Positions 9,711 through 21,931 of a DNA stretch of 64,000 nt are shown here, piece by piece. The number at the start of each line of letters is the position of its first letter. Position 1 is the stretch's first letter. The position numbers were made by a program, and so were the translations under genes. Source of the stretch: Podarcis gaigeae (taxonomy: Eukaryota); the NCBI GenBank assembly GCA_964106915.2, contig OZ066928.1. One strand, 5' to 3'. The notes under the pieces are model-generated. The model was given only the letters and a program-made list of their open reading frames with translations. It made no database searches and had not been told where the DNA came from.

Positions 9711-12700
9711 AGTGTGAAGGGAAAGGAAGATGTATAATAACAGCTATATCTATTTTTTTCATTTAATGTGATATTGAAAAGGAGAATAAGTTTAAATTTT
9801 AATTGGCTAAAAGAGTTGCTGAAAAATTGTGAAACTAGGATGCAAAAAGGGGAAGGTATGGGGAAGTCCGAGAAGAGAGGCTTATGAAAAGGAGGTTAAG
9901 AAAGTTGGATCTATGTTTTCTTTTTGTGTGTGTCTGTTGTTGTATGTATTATTTAGTGTTGTTGTGTCGATAAAATTGGAAAATCATTAAAAAATTATTT
10001 TAAAAAAAGCAGCCAATACCATCACAGATGCTTAATACCACCACAGTGCAGGATAATACACAGGAAGTAGATGCTTGGCTTAAGATATTCTCATGTGTTT
10101 TGTTTTGTTTTAAATTTTTGTTGCTTATTTCTGGGACGATATTGAGCCCATAAATAAATTTACAGTGGCAAAGTGGTTCCCAAACAACCCTGCCCTTTCA
10201 CAGACCACTTGAAAATTGCTGGTAGTCTTGGCAGACCACTTAATGATATTTCTGCCTGTTTTAGCAATTGTAATGTGCTGTGCTAGGTGCTGTATGATTT
10301 TTAATTTAATTTTCATTGCTTATTTTATTTCTTACATTGCATTTATTTTTGTTTACAATCTGCATTCCCTAGCATTCATATCATAATACAATATATTATA
10401 CTAAATAAAGGAAGCAATAAAGTACAATTAAAAATCAATATGAATATTTCGTGTGGGCATGTTGTGGACCATCTGAATGAAACTCATGGACCACTGGTGT
10501 TCCATGGACCACAGTTTGGAAACCCCTGATGTAGTGTACTTTGGAGGCATTGGAACACCTTTGGATGTTTCACCATTTCCCCGGTATGGCTGCTTTGCTG
10601 TTTCATCACATTTTCCTGAATGCCTCTGCGAGCCTCCTATTCATTACTCTGCCTGGCTGTTGCTTCTTAGATCTGGGACACAGTTGGCAGGATGGAGTCT
10701 TCTTCTTTCCTGCTAATGATAGGATATATGAAGAATAAATTTACCGATTGTAGTTCAGTTTTGAATATTGTTAGATTTCTATCTCTCTCACTCTCCCAAT
10801 TTTAGAACTGTGTGGTTAATGATGCAGTTCTATAATCAGTATTTTACTTTAAGCACACTATAATTCTGTTTTTAAATGTGTTTCAATGCATTTTTTACTA
10901 TCATATTAACTAGTTTGTTTTCGTGTGTATTTTATATTTTAGTGTATTTTATAATTATGTTTTTAAACATTGTAATAATATTATTATTATTATAATAAAG
11001 TAATTATACATATAATACAATAAATATAATACACTCCTTCTATCAAGGTAAACTTGAATTGCTCTTTTGCTTTATATTCAACATGAGCATTTAAGCTTTT
11101 CTCATCCTTTCCATCTTACTGTATAACCAGCTTCTGTAATTCTGCAAGAAAGAAAAAAAAAGAATAACCAAACCTTCCCTCTTGTTTAATTTTTGATACG
11201 TTCTTGAGCAGACAATCTCCTCCATAACCTTGCTGACCCCAAAACTGGGCCCTGGGGGGCAAATAGGAAGTTGGGCTTCCTCAGAGCTGTCAACTCCTGT
11301 GCTTTTAAAACGAGACTAATGATGCTGAGCCCGATATGATTCTTTCACACTTGTCTGCTTCAATCTTCTGCCACTAGATGAGTCGGAGCTGTGAGGAGGG
11401 GCCGCTGAAAGTCATACCATGGTGGAAATCTGTAAAACATAATGCTCGGTGCAAAACAAATGCCATTCAAAATCCTGAAATCCTTGGCATTTTTGTAGCA
11501 TTCGCCTAACGGGGAAGCCATTTCTATTCTGAGCACATACCTGCGTGTGTACGTGCATTACACACCAGGATTCCCGCCCCCCCTCCTTGCACATGAGTGC
11601 TTTAATAAGGTGCTCCTGTCTTCCATATCAACTGTTCTTGTCTCCCTACCCCTTCTTTTATTTCTTTCTGCTTCGTAGCAAATCATCTTCTCTCTGCTCC
11701 CTGTTTGTCTTCTTTCTGTCGCTCCGCCCTCCGTTTCTTCAGCCATGTTTCTCTCTGGTGCATGAAACATCTCCCTCCATCAGTCCATCAAAGCGACTGC
11801 TTATTTATACAATTTATATCCTGCCTTTCCTCCCAAAGGAGCCCAGGGTTCTTCCAATCCCTTATCTCCTCCTTTAAAACTTGGCTTAGGGCCCGTTTTT
11901 CATAGGTGGTGGTTATTCTCTCTCTGCTGACCTAACTCTGCCCTACCTCATATTCTCAGGTTTAATTGAACGACTCTGGTGCCTCCCTCTGCCCCACTCC
12001 CCCAGTTAAATTGTGTTTGCTTTGCACAGGACCTAACACACCATCAATGACTTATGTTATGTTATGCGCCACCAGCTTCAGCCAAACAGGCTCAAAAGAT
12101 GACTCACCCCCCCCAAACAAACAGATACATACAAATACAATCATGCAAACACATACAATGCAAATGATACAAAGCAATTCAAAACACATCAACAGCATTA
12201 AAAATCAAACTCATCTGTGTTCCTGCCAAAAAGGCCAGGAGCATTGCTTACAAAAATGTTAAGAGAAGACAAGAATACTTAAGCGGCATCTTCACCTTAT
12301 AAAGGGTCCCAGGCAGAGGGTGGATCAAGGCAGGTGGAAAAGCTGGAGCTCCTTGATGGGTCCAGCAGTCTCTCCCCTTGCAGCGTACAAGATGCCCAGA
12401 GGAGTATATTTTCTAAAATTAAAAACTGGGGAAACAACAAAGTGTGGGTGGTGGAGAGAGGGCCGGGTTTCACCATAAGCTTTACTGCATTAAGGTGTGA
12501 GAGAAATCAATAAATCAAAACACAGGCAATAACTTGGGAACTCATGGTGGGCTCAGATCAAGGTCCTTTTTTTAATATGCAAAGCCCTCAGCAACTTAGG
12601 TCAGGGTAGAGCCATTGGCCCAGTTCTCTGCCAACAGAGATTCAGCAGGAGCCTTCCGAAGCAACTTTTAAAACCCTGCTGAAAACTTTCCTATTTTGCC

Positions 12701-12725
12701 AGGGCTATGCAGGCAATTAAGAATA

Positions 12726-12918
12726 NNNNNNNNNNNNNNNNNNNNNNNNNNNNNNNNNNNNNNNNNNNNNNNNNNNNNNNNNNNNNNNNNNNNNNNNNNN
12801 NNNNNNNNNNNNNNNNNNNNNNNNNNNNNNNNNNNNNNNNNNNNNNNNNNNNNNNNNNNNNNNNNNNNNNNNNNNNNNNNNNNNNNNNNNNNNNNNNNNN
12901 NNNNNNNNNNNNNNNNNN
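12726..12918. other. Assembly gap (N run)
   Basis: Run of N. Confidence 1.
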
Positions 12919-14055
12919 TCTGATATTTTTAATGAATATATAACTATTTCTCAAAGATAAATAAATCTCCATAACATCCAGACTAGAGATATGGCAGTAA
13001 CTCTAGACCTGGAAACTTGCACTGCTGCTAAATGTTGGGGGGGGGGGTGAGTAAAGGGGGTGGGGAATTGGGAGGTAAGGAGAGAGAGGCTTCCACCTCA
13101 CATTCTTCCTGCAGTCGCATTGGCATTACATTTGCTGGAGTGCTTCTTCCCGGAGTAAAAGCCTGATTTTACTAGTCCAGCAAAAGCTAGTTATTCCCAC
13201 GTGAGAGAGACTAATTAGTCCCAGTTTAGAGGCATCAACACTTTTCTGTACTAATACCACTTTGCTGTGGATTACAGTTTGTTAAACTATGATTGTATAA
13301 TACAATAAATCCGTGCATTAAACTCAGGGGTGTACAAAAAAATAAAGCTGACAGAAGCATTAAATTTGTGCATTTTACATTCTGAACAATTAATATCTGC
13401 CTGCCAGTATTTTGGGGGGGATTATAGGGAAAAGATATCTAAAAGATCTTAAAATGTACATAAGCAAAACTCAGAACAGCTTGGTAATGCAGTATTATAT
13501 GTTCCCTCTTGCTTTTCTGAAATGGATTTACAAATACTTTGCGGAAACAATAATTGGTTTACTTTCCACTGTATTTTGCGAAATCTCTCCTCATGGGGCT
13601 TAGCTCTCATCTTTTTTCTTTTTTCTTTGCCATGTCTCGTAGGGCTGTTTCCTACATGCTAGTTGCTATTTAAATGTTGATATTCCAAGTGTGTGAAATG
13701 CTTGTATACTCTGCCAGATACAGTGTTTGCATATGTGTAAAAATAATTGGGTTCCCCATTAAAAAGTAAGTGTTAACAGTGGGGGCTGCAGATTCACACA
13801 TTTTAGAGGAAAGAATGATGGAAAGTGTCTTTGTCAGGGTGAGAGACTGGTTGATCATGGAGGGCTGAGTGCAGGACAAAGTCACATGACCTACACATGA
13901 CATGCAGGTGTCTCTGCCCCCTGAGAGGTGGCCAGGACCAGTGAAACATCCCCTCTGGGCAGGCAGAACTACTCCCAAGTATCTGATGGTGCAGAGTTGA
14001 TGACATTTTACATTTTTATGTAAATTGCAAGATATATATAAAGCGGGGGGGGGGG

Positions 14056-14404
14056 TGTTGTGTATTGAGTCAAAGGATTTTATATCTGCATTATTATTGT
14101 CTGTATTTGCATTAGGGTAAAGTAACTGCCTTTTGGTTCCAGAGGGTACAGCTACTATTGGTTCATTTAAGCTGCTGTATTTGGATCCTCTGTCTTATTG
14201 GTTTCCTCCAAAAGGCAGGACTGTGATTGCCTGATATTGTTCCCTCCAAAATGTATCCTTTCTAGTTAGTTCCCTGTCCCTATAAATGTAGCTCTCCCCT
14301 CCTCAGTCTTCAGTCTTGTTGCTTTAATAAAGAAGTGTTACTAGAGAACTGTCTCCAGCATATTATGTCAAGAGAGCTGAAATCACAAACCCCACGTCAC
14401 AACA
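14056..14404 (+). mobile_element. Solo LTR (349 bp), probably Gypsy/ERV-type
   Basis: TGTTGTG...CACAACA inverted termini, TATAAA at 14281, AATAAA at 14326-14331, and GGGGG on both flanks (TSD-compatible). Confidence 0.8.
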
Positions 14405-15249
14405 GGGGGAATGTGAAATTTTGTAACACTCTCTCTCCAGTAAAAGCTATTAATATCTAAAGGCAGGGCTCTTTTCAACTGGAACTCTCAGGAACTCAGT
14501 TCCGACACCTCTCAGGTGGGCTCCATTGCCATTGTTGGAGAACAAGGGAGGTGTTCATGATGTGTTCTGGCGCCTCTTTTTCTGGAGTCAGCTTACAGTT
14601 ACATTTTTGTGTTAAAAAACAATCTTCTTATTTTCATTTCACTTTTACATTGTTATACACAAGGCGGTTTAGAAGCTGAAGAAACAACAAGATATACAAG
14701 ATCACACACCTTACAACAATCTGACCCAAGGCAAATAAGTCATGATAAAAAATATGACTTAAAATAAACAATTTACATCAAAAAAGCAATATTCATTAAT
14801 TCATTAAAATATAATTGTGCACAATTAAACAGAAATTCACTCTCAGCTATTATGGTGAATCGTTACTAAATTATGATCTATAAAAATAACAGCAAAATTA
14901 CAATACATATGATACCACAATACATGAAAAAATATATGTAAAAAGATGGAATTGAGCAACAATGTGACATAACTTAGAAAATGATTTAAAGAATCCCCCT
15001 CCCCTGCTGAACTCCTCTTCCCAGCTTCATATGCTGGGAGGTTGATGTGCAGCTGGGCTTAGCTAAGGGTGGGGGAGGCAAGGCTCTCCTGCTCTCCCTT
15101 GAATTTCCCAACTGTGGGAGCTGCTGAGATGCCTAGGCAGACCCAATTAAAATGAGATGGAGTAGCAAGATGTTTTAGCTATTCACATCCATGTGCTTCT
15201 TTCAAAGCAAAAAACAGGAACTATTTTTAAGGTGGGCATAAGGTATGAA

Positions 15250-15347
15250 ACCAAACGGTGGGAAGCAGTGGAAGACAGGAGTGCCTGGCGTGCTCTGGTC
15301 CATGGGGTCACGAAGAGTCGGACACGACTAAATGACTAAACAACAAC
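15250..15347 (+). mobile_element. Bov-B (RTE clade) 3'-terminal fragment
   Basis: GGGGTCACGAAGAGTCGGACACGACT followed by a (CAA)n tail; TSD AAGGTATGAA at 15240-15249 and 15348-15357. Confidence 0.9.
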
Positions 15348-16065
15348 AAGGTATGAACCTAGTCAGACTTTTTTGTTAAAGAAAAAATATAACCAAAGGG
15401 GATTGTTCTTTCAGTAAAAACAGAAAGAACTTGGCCCTAACCTACCTCACAGGCTTGATTTTCCTGTTCTTAGAGGTTGTGCCTCTGTGTTTTTATTCTG
15501 TTTTTCCCTGCTTTGATGGCTTTATGTGGTGAAACAGCCTATAAAATATATAAATAATAATTCTCTTTATTGTTCCAACATTCCCAGATAATATTGCTTT
15601 TATTGCCGTTATATCTAACTTGGCAAAACTTCACAAAACACAGAGGTGGGCTGAGTGGCTCTAGCACTGAAGAATCATTGCTCATGATCACAGCTGATGT
15701 CCGTCTTACACACAAGTGCTACATAAGTTGTTTTCCTTGGCTTTGCTTGATCCTGCTGATAGCTTGAGTTGTGAGACAATACTTGTCTAATTTTCACAAA
15801 CACACCAATTCTATTATATTTTTGAGTCCACCATGTTACACATGGCACAGTCATTCAAGTTGTACTGTACTGGTAGCCCAGTATTTTTTTTGTGTGTGGA
15901 AACAGATTCGGAATTGGATTGCAAACTTGAATTACACCAAGAACATCAGGTTTTGCAGGTCAGCTTGATTACTGACTGTTAGGATGTTCTCATGACCTGT
16001 AGCTGGATATTTTCCATCTCTTTTTAAGGCAGGCACGGTGGGTGTAACTTGCACAATGTCTGATG

Positions 16066-16217
16066 CAGTGCTTTTTTTCTGGTGAGAGGCAGGGGTACGC
16101 ATACCCCTAAACATTTTGTGAATCTAGATTTGGCCTCATTGAGGGGCAGTATTTCAATATGAGTAGGAAAATGAGAGTACCCCTAAACATATTTTTTTGG
16201 GGGGGGGGGAAGCACTG
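16066..16217. mobile_element. hAT-type MITE
   Basis: TIR CAGTGCTT...AAGCACTG; 8-bp TSD GTCTGATG at 16058-16065 and 16218-16225. Related copies lie at ~24170-24295 and ~52462-52700, and possibly start at 63984. Confidence 0.85.
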
Positions 16218-16800
16218 GTCTGATGAAGCTTTATCTTTGGTACATGTCCTTGTCTTCTGCTTTTTGCAGATATGCATAGCTAAGCAAATATAAACAGTGG
16301 TGCTTCTTTGCTTTCTCTCTCAGACAATCCACAGTGCCTTTCTTTCACTTTCATTACATCTAGCAAACTCTGATTTAGCAAACTAAGTTTCTGTTTCTCA
16401 GTAAAAGGATTTTCGCAACCTATTACAGTACATGAAAAGCTTGTTAGCACTTGTGGTTCCTACTCCGTTAGGTTGCATTTGGTTTCTGTTCTTGGTCACA
16501 CACACACACACACACCTGCTCCTGAAAAAGCAGGGCTGGGTCCAGCAGCACCCTCAGGTTCTTCATCTGATCACAAAAATGCACCACAACTCCTTTGTTT
16601 ATAGTGGTGGTTCCCAAGTGTGTGGTAACACACGCCCCCCTGGAGGGGAGGTTACGTAGGGTGGGTTGGGATGGCAAGGGGGTGCTGGATGTGCAAATGG
16701 TGATAAGGCTTTGAAAAGCTGGCACAACTGGATCAAATTCAACAGTTTTCATTAAAACAAAGAGTTTTAATTGGATTTTGAATAAATGTGCAATAAATTA

Positions 16801-17112
16801 ATAAATAATAACAATAATTTTATTGTTTATATGCTGCCCATCTGACTGGGATGCCCCAGCCACTCTGGATGGCTTTCAATAACATATTAAATCACAAAAC
16901 ACCCATAAACATTAAAAGCCTCCCAGTACAGGGCTACTTTCAGATGTCTTCTAAAAGTGGGGTAGTTGATTTTTCCTTGAAATCTGGTGGGAGGGCGTTC
17001 CACAGGGCAGGCCACTGAAAAGGCCCTCTGCCTGGTTCCCTGTAACTTCACTTCTCGCTGTGAGGGAACCACCAGAAGGCCCTCAGAAGCGGATCTCAAT
17101 GTCCAGGCTGAA
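16801..17112 (-). mobile_element. L2-like LINE 3' fragment
   Basis: Minus ORF RSASEGLLVVP...TRQRAFSVA...FRRHLK.LY, then a 3' tail ending in an (ATT)-rich repeat. Confidence 0.75.
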
Positions 17113-17137
17113 TTGCTACTGTTTTAGATTTTATTGT

Positions 17138-17362
17138 CGAAACAAAATTTTAAAAAATCCTTCCAGTAGCACCTTAGAGACCAACTAAATTTGTTATAGG
17201 TATGAGCTTTCATGTTCATGCACATGTGTATCTGAAGAAGTGTGCATGCACATGAAAGCTTATACCAAGAATAAACTTAGTTGGTCTCTAAGGTGCTACT
17301 GGAAGGATTTTTAAAAATTTTGTTTCGACTACAGCAGACCAACACAGCTCCCTACCTGCATC
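17138..17362 (+). mobile_element. Penelope-like element remnant: inverted pseudo-LTR pair plus unpaired tail
   Basis: Arms at ~17136-17225 and ~17240-17329 are inverted complements; 33-bp tail; 13-bp TSD TAGATTTTATTGT at 17125-17137 and 17363-17375. Confidence 0.85.
17228..17265 (+). ncRNA. Minimal type I hammerhead ribozyme motif within the Penelope pLTR
   Basis: GTAT-CTGAAGA-A-GTGTGCATGCACAT-GAAA-GCTT-ATAC: helix I gtat/atac, a palindromic helix II and a self-complementary AGCT helix III. Confidence 0.65.
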
Positions 17363-18182
17363 TAGATTTTATTGTGTTATTATCTTCCTTAGTGGATGAT
17401 GCAAACCACTAGTCTGATTAGTGCTTTTTACAGGATAGGGCAAGGGGCACCGGGGATGAGTTTGAGGGGGAAAGGGTGGCCTGAAAGAGTTTTGGAACCA
17501 CTGGTTTATGTTATCATTGTATTTCTAGGGTTTCCAAGCCTTGTGAAATTGGCATCATTGGATCAGAGCAAACAGCATTCAGCTGAGTTGCTGACTGGCC
17601 CAGTAAGACTGTCCTTCAGAAAAATGAGTTTGGCAGCCACACTCAATTAGGAACAGACTCAGAGATCACTCTGAACCTCTTGTGTCCGTGAACCTAAACA
17701 TGAATAAATGCATTTAGGATTCTGGGGAGAGGTAGCACTGCCCCCTCCATGGATAAACCACGTAGCAATCAAAGCATGGAGGTGTAGAGATGCCTGCTTT
17801 CTTGGCTGTTGGTGTATGTTTTTATTCCTAGTGTCCTTTCACCTCTTTTTTGACTGTGCTATATTACAAACTGTGCAGTTACAGATGTTTATTTTCCCCA
17901 TCTCTTGCTGTATTATAGGGAGGAATAATTGGTTTCTGTCCCACCCATGGGGGTTACTGGGGCAGATTGGTGCTCCTGATATAAACAGATAAAGGGGTTT
18001 GGTCATTTTGGGCTAGCAATTTTCTCTCTTTGTACATTTTATTCTTGCAGCAAGGTTGTTGTGTCTTAGGCTAAGAGATAGTGATTGTCCAAGGGCACTG
18101 TAGACATCACAGCTTCGTGGAGATTTCAAATCCTTTTCTGCTCCAAAATGAAAAAGAAAGAAAAATCACTATAGTTTCATTA

Positions 18183-18534
18183 AGGCAAAGGTAAAGGGAC
18201 CCCTGACAGTTAATTCCAGTTGCGAAGGACTCTTGGGTTGCAGTGCTCATCTTGCTTTACAGGCCGAGGGAGCCAGCATTTGTCCGCAGACAGTTTTTCC
18301 AGGACATGTGGCCAGCATGACTAAGCTGCTTCTGGCAAAGCCAGAGCAGTGCACGGAAATGCCATTTACCTTTCTGCTGGTGTGGTACCTATTGATCTAC
18401 TTGCACTTCGTGCTTTCGAACTGCTAGGTTGGCAGGACCTGAGACTGAGCAACGGGAGCTCTCCACATTGCGGGGCCTCAAACCACTGACCTTTCAATCA
18501 GCAAGTCCAAGCAGCACAGCGCCACCCGTGTCCC
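18183..18534 (-). mobile_element. Sauria SINE
   Basis: Minus-strand head GGGACACGGGTGGCGCTGTG and tail GGTCCCTTTACCTTT; TSD ATAGTTTCATTA at 18171-18182 and 18537-18548. Confidence 0.9.
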
Positions 18535-18619
18535 CCATAGTTTCATTAGGACTATCAATAAAGGACCACAACAAATGAATACAATACTGTTCAAATCTTG
18601 AATTATAGTAATAAAAAAA

Positions 18620-18745
18620 TCATAGGATCATAGAACTACAACATTGGAAGGGACCCAAACCTGTGTTTAAAAACCTCCTGTGAAGTCCACACTTTCCAAG
18701 GTAGTACCTTCCACTGTTGAACAGTTCTTATCATCAAAAGGTTGC
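18620..18745 (-). mobile_element. CR1 3'-end remnant
   Basis: CATAGGATCATAGAA...GGAAGGGACC, the reverse of the CR1 tail octamer region. It resembles 4380-4460 in reverse; another copy lies at ~32834-32900. Confidence 0.6.
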
Positions 18746-19081
18746 CAACTAAGATGGGCCACTGGCATGATCCAGCAGGCTTCTTCTTATGCTCTCCATA
18801 AGTGGCAAGAGCAAGGGAAATGGAGCAGCAGGTTCTACTTGCCTTAGCATCTCCTTCTGGGCAGTGGAGCAGATTGAAGACAGGTCAGGAAGAAGGGAAA
18901 TATTCAGGGCATTTTGCTTAAGGACATCACAAAACTTGAAGTTAGCACTGCTGGGCCCACAGCCTTGTGTCTTTCCCACCCCAAAATTTTCTTGTTTTCA
19001 AAGCTGGATGGTGTCCAGTTCTCTAGGAACAGAATGCTGTGGACTCCTGATGATTTTCCTTTTTGCCTCTTGGTTCAGTCT

Positions 19082-19083
<2 letters not shown>

Positions 19084-19112
<29 letters not shown>
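19084..19112. repeat. (GT)n microsatellite
   Basis: Direct inspection. Confidence 0.95.
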
Positions 19113-19116
<4 letters not shown>

Positions 19117-20708
19117 TGCATGTGAGTGTGTGTTCCCCTAACATTGTTCTCACCCCCTCCCCCCGCATGTCCACTGAGCAACAAATCAATGGCTGTTAAG
19201 ACGCAGTGAGAGAGGAACATCAGGCACTCTGAGAGTTCAGATATTACAGATCTTTTGAGTGGAAGAAGAGAACTAAGAATGTTTAGCACTTTCATAGCAG
19301 TTTTCACTGTGAATTTCAAATTGCTCTACAAATGTGAATGAATTTAGGCTCTTCTACAAGACCCTTTGAGACTCGAAGCTTTTGCCATGTTGCAGATGGA
19401 GAGAGGCAGAAAGAAGTCAAAGGTTGCATTTTAAGCCCTGGTTCAGCCAGCAAAAAAGCCTGTGATCAGAAACCTTTCAGGACACTAAGAAACAAGGCAC
19501 AAGCACCCAAAGTGTGTTTTACAATGAATCCAGGGGTGCAATTTTGATTGTTGCCTTGGTGGAAATTACCAATATATCTTGCCCACCTTTCCTGACTCCA
19601 ATTCCTTGGGGCAAGTTTTCAGCAATGTGCTTAATTTTTTACTCTTGGGTGGGGTATGGGGATAGACATGCAAATTAAAAAGTCAACAGCTCCCATGATA
19701 ATGTGTGAACAAGCAAGCCTGATGGCTGATCTAGTACTCAACACTGTGGAATGTACCTTTGTGCCAATTACAAAACTGTGGATGAAAAATCCACTATGTT
19801 TGCTCTTAAAACCTTACATTTCATCTGCACCCAAAATGCAGAGCTTTTAGTGTTTGAATCCTCTTCCAGTGGATGGGGTGGGAAAAGTATGGTGAGCCTT
19901 ATTGAAATCTACAACACCTGCCCCTGACTCCTAAATTTAATTGAATCATGACCTCATTTGTAGGCTTCTAGGAAATTCTAGCAGGTAAGAGGATCATTCA
20001 AACAGCAGCAGGGGATTCAGTCTTCTAGATTGTGTCAGTTTCACATGTCTTTATTCATTCATAAGTCAATTTCGTTCTGCTTCTGGCATCAATCTGCAAT
20101 TCTTTTTAACTGCACAGAAATTCACCTTTTTGCATGCAGTTCTTCCTAAAATGCTCACTCCTTGGTATATTTTGTTGAGGTTAGAACTGTACTAGAAAAT
20201 TTGCAGGTGTGAAAACAGGAGGATGCCCATATTCCATTGAAATTGGGTTTGTTTGTTTGAAAATCAGACTGAATGTAATCATTGTGCCTCCCTAGCATGG
20301 GAGGAAAGTAGTACACACAGGTCCCATTATCAGAATACTCACCACCAAAACACAATGAATTATACCCAAATCTTGCTGCACAAATGACTGATTCAGATAT
20401 TCAAGTTTGTTCATTTCAATCTTGACTTACAAATTATTGTTTTTTTTAAAAAAATTATTCCATGCAGCAAGAGGAAAGCAAATGAAAGAATACATGAAAA
20501 ATGCCAACAATGCATCCTTCTTTATTAAAAATCTAAACAGCACTGAGACAAAATTAAAACCAGTACTCCTCAGTAAGTGTTATTTGTGAATATTTATAGC
20601 TTGCCTCTATCATGGACTGACTGGGTTCCTTTACTCCAGGTCCTTGTTGGGCCCGCTGCCTGAGCACTATGAGGGGACCAAGGCAGGAAATGCTGCCTGA
20701 ATCAACCT

Positions 20709-21393
20709 TAACAAAACAACAACAAACAAACCTATGGTCACATAAAGCATCTTCAATAAACACACAAGACATAACTGACTGTGTTCTTAGATAAATAAGG
20801 TATACTATTCATTGTATCAAATTTCACCAGAAGTAACTCATAAAGTTCAACAAACGAACAAAGCAGAAGACCCAGTGGATCAGATCATTCTCTAGTCAGT
20901 TCATGCATAGGGTCCATCCATGTAATGGCCCTTTCACAGAGTCTAGACAAGGATTTCCAGAATATTGGCCTTGTTTCGCCATCCTGGGCTTCATCAGTAG
21001 TTAAAACACATATGTGATATTACATACTGTATATGTAATATACAGCTACTACTATGCCATAAGATCCACTGTCCTGTAATATCACATATGTGCTATAACT
21101 ACTGATGAAGCCTAGGACGGCGAAACAAGGCAAATATTCTGGAAAGGATTTTGTGGAACTGTAATAACCTCTCATGTGGATTGTTTGGACTTTATGAACA
21201 AACAGGTGGAATAGACACCATTACACGGATGGACCTTATGCATGAACTGACTAGAGAATGATCTGATCCACTGGGTCTTCTGCTTTGTTCGTTTGCTGAA
21301 CTTTATGAATTACTTCTGTTGAAATTTGATACAATGAATAGTATACCTTATTTATCTAAGAACACAGCTGGATACATCTTGTGTGTTTATTGA
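20709..21393. mobile_element. Palindromic Penelope-like insertion: ~270/320-bp inverted arms, 50-bp loop, 44-bp unpaired tail
   Basis: Arms at 20753-21024 and 21075-21393; 14-bp direct repeat GCCTGAATCAACCT at 20695-20708 and 21394-21407; a CTGATGA...GAAAC core in each arm. Confidence 0.8.
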
Positions 21394-21931
21394 GCCTGAA
21401 TCAACCTGGCACCTTTGTGACATCCTGCTATTTCTGTTATTAATACTACACTTGGATGGGATTACATTGTGCATATTTTTTTTTGTAAGCTGCTTTGAAA
21501 ACTCTTTGTGGGTGTGAGTTTGGATGTGTAGGTATTGCAAATAGCTTGGGATACAAACTTTGCTACTGATTTAGTTACACAATTGCGTATCCTTGCCTGT
21601 CTGAATTCTGTCTAATAAACTTTTTAAAAAATCAATTTTACCTAATATACACATTTTTGCAAAGCAGTTCTCCCTTATGTTGCACTTTGGTATGTTATTC
21701 TCACCAGTATATTAATTTAGTGTGCACTTTTACTCTAGTAATACATTTTTGTGTGCATGCCACTTGGCAGGAGAACTGCATTGCAAAATTCAGATCAGGG
21801 TTACTTTCGAAGGACGGTTCTATGTTCACATATTGTTCACATATTCATGGTTCACATATTGTTTTGGAAAGTGTGAGAACTGTAATTTAGCCTTTAAATG
21901 TGAACTAAATTGAATTTCTGCCTCATCCCTG

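Larger units (their letters stand above)
7770..10004 (+). mobile_element. L1-clade LINE with both ends intact and a large internal deletion (5'UTR + ORF1 start joined to ORF2 C-terminus + 3'UTR)
   Basis: Perfect 17-bp TSD AAAAGCAGCCAATACCA at 7753-7769 and 10005-10021. CpG-rich 5' end (GACTTCCGGTCGGCGCC) and A-rich 3' end. The target site reads 5'-TTTT/GA on the bottom strand, like L1 endonuclease sites. Confidence 0.92.

Noticed and set aside
12691-12972. ORFs containing X runs (also at 50.7-51.1 kb and 61.3-61.8 kb)
   Set aside because: They span assembly gaps.
19963-19989. 21-nt microexon (TGTAG|GCTTCTAGGAAATTCTAGCAG|GTAAGA)
   Set aside because: The donor is good but the pyrimidine tract is poor and there are competing internal AGs; it cannot be distinguished from chance.
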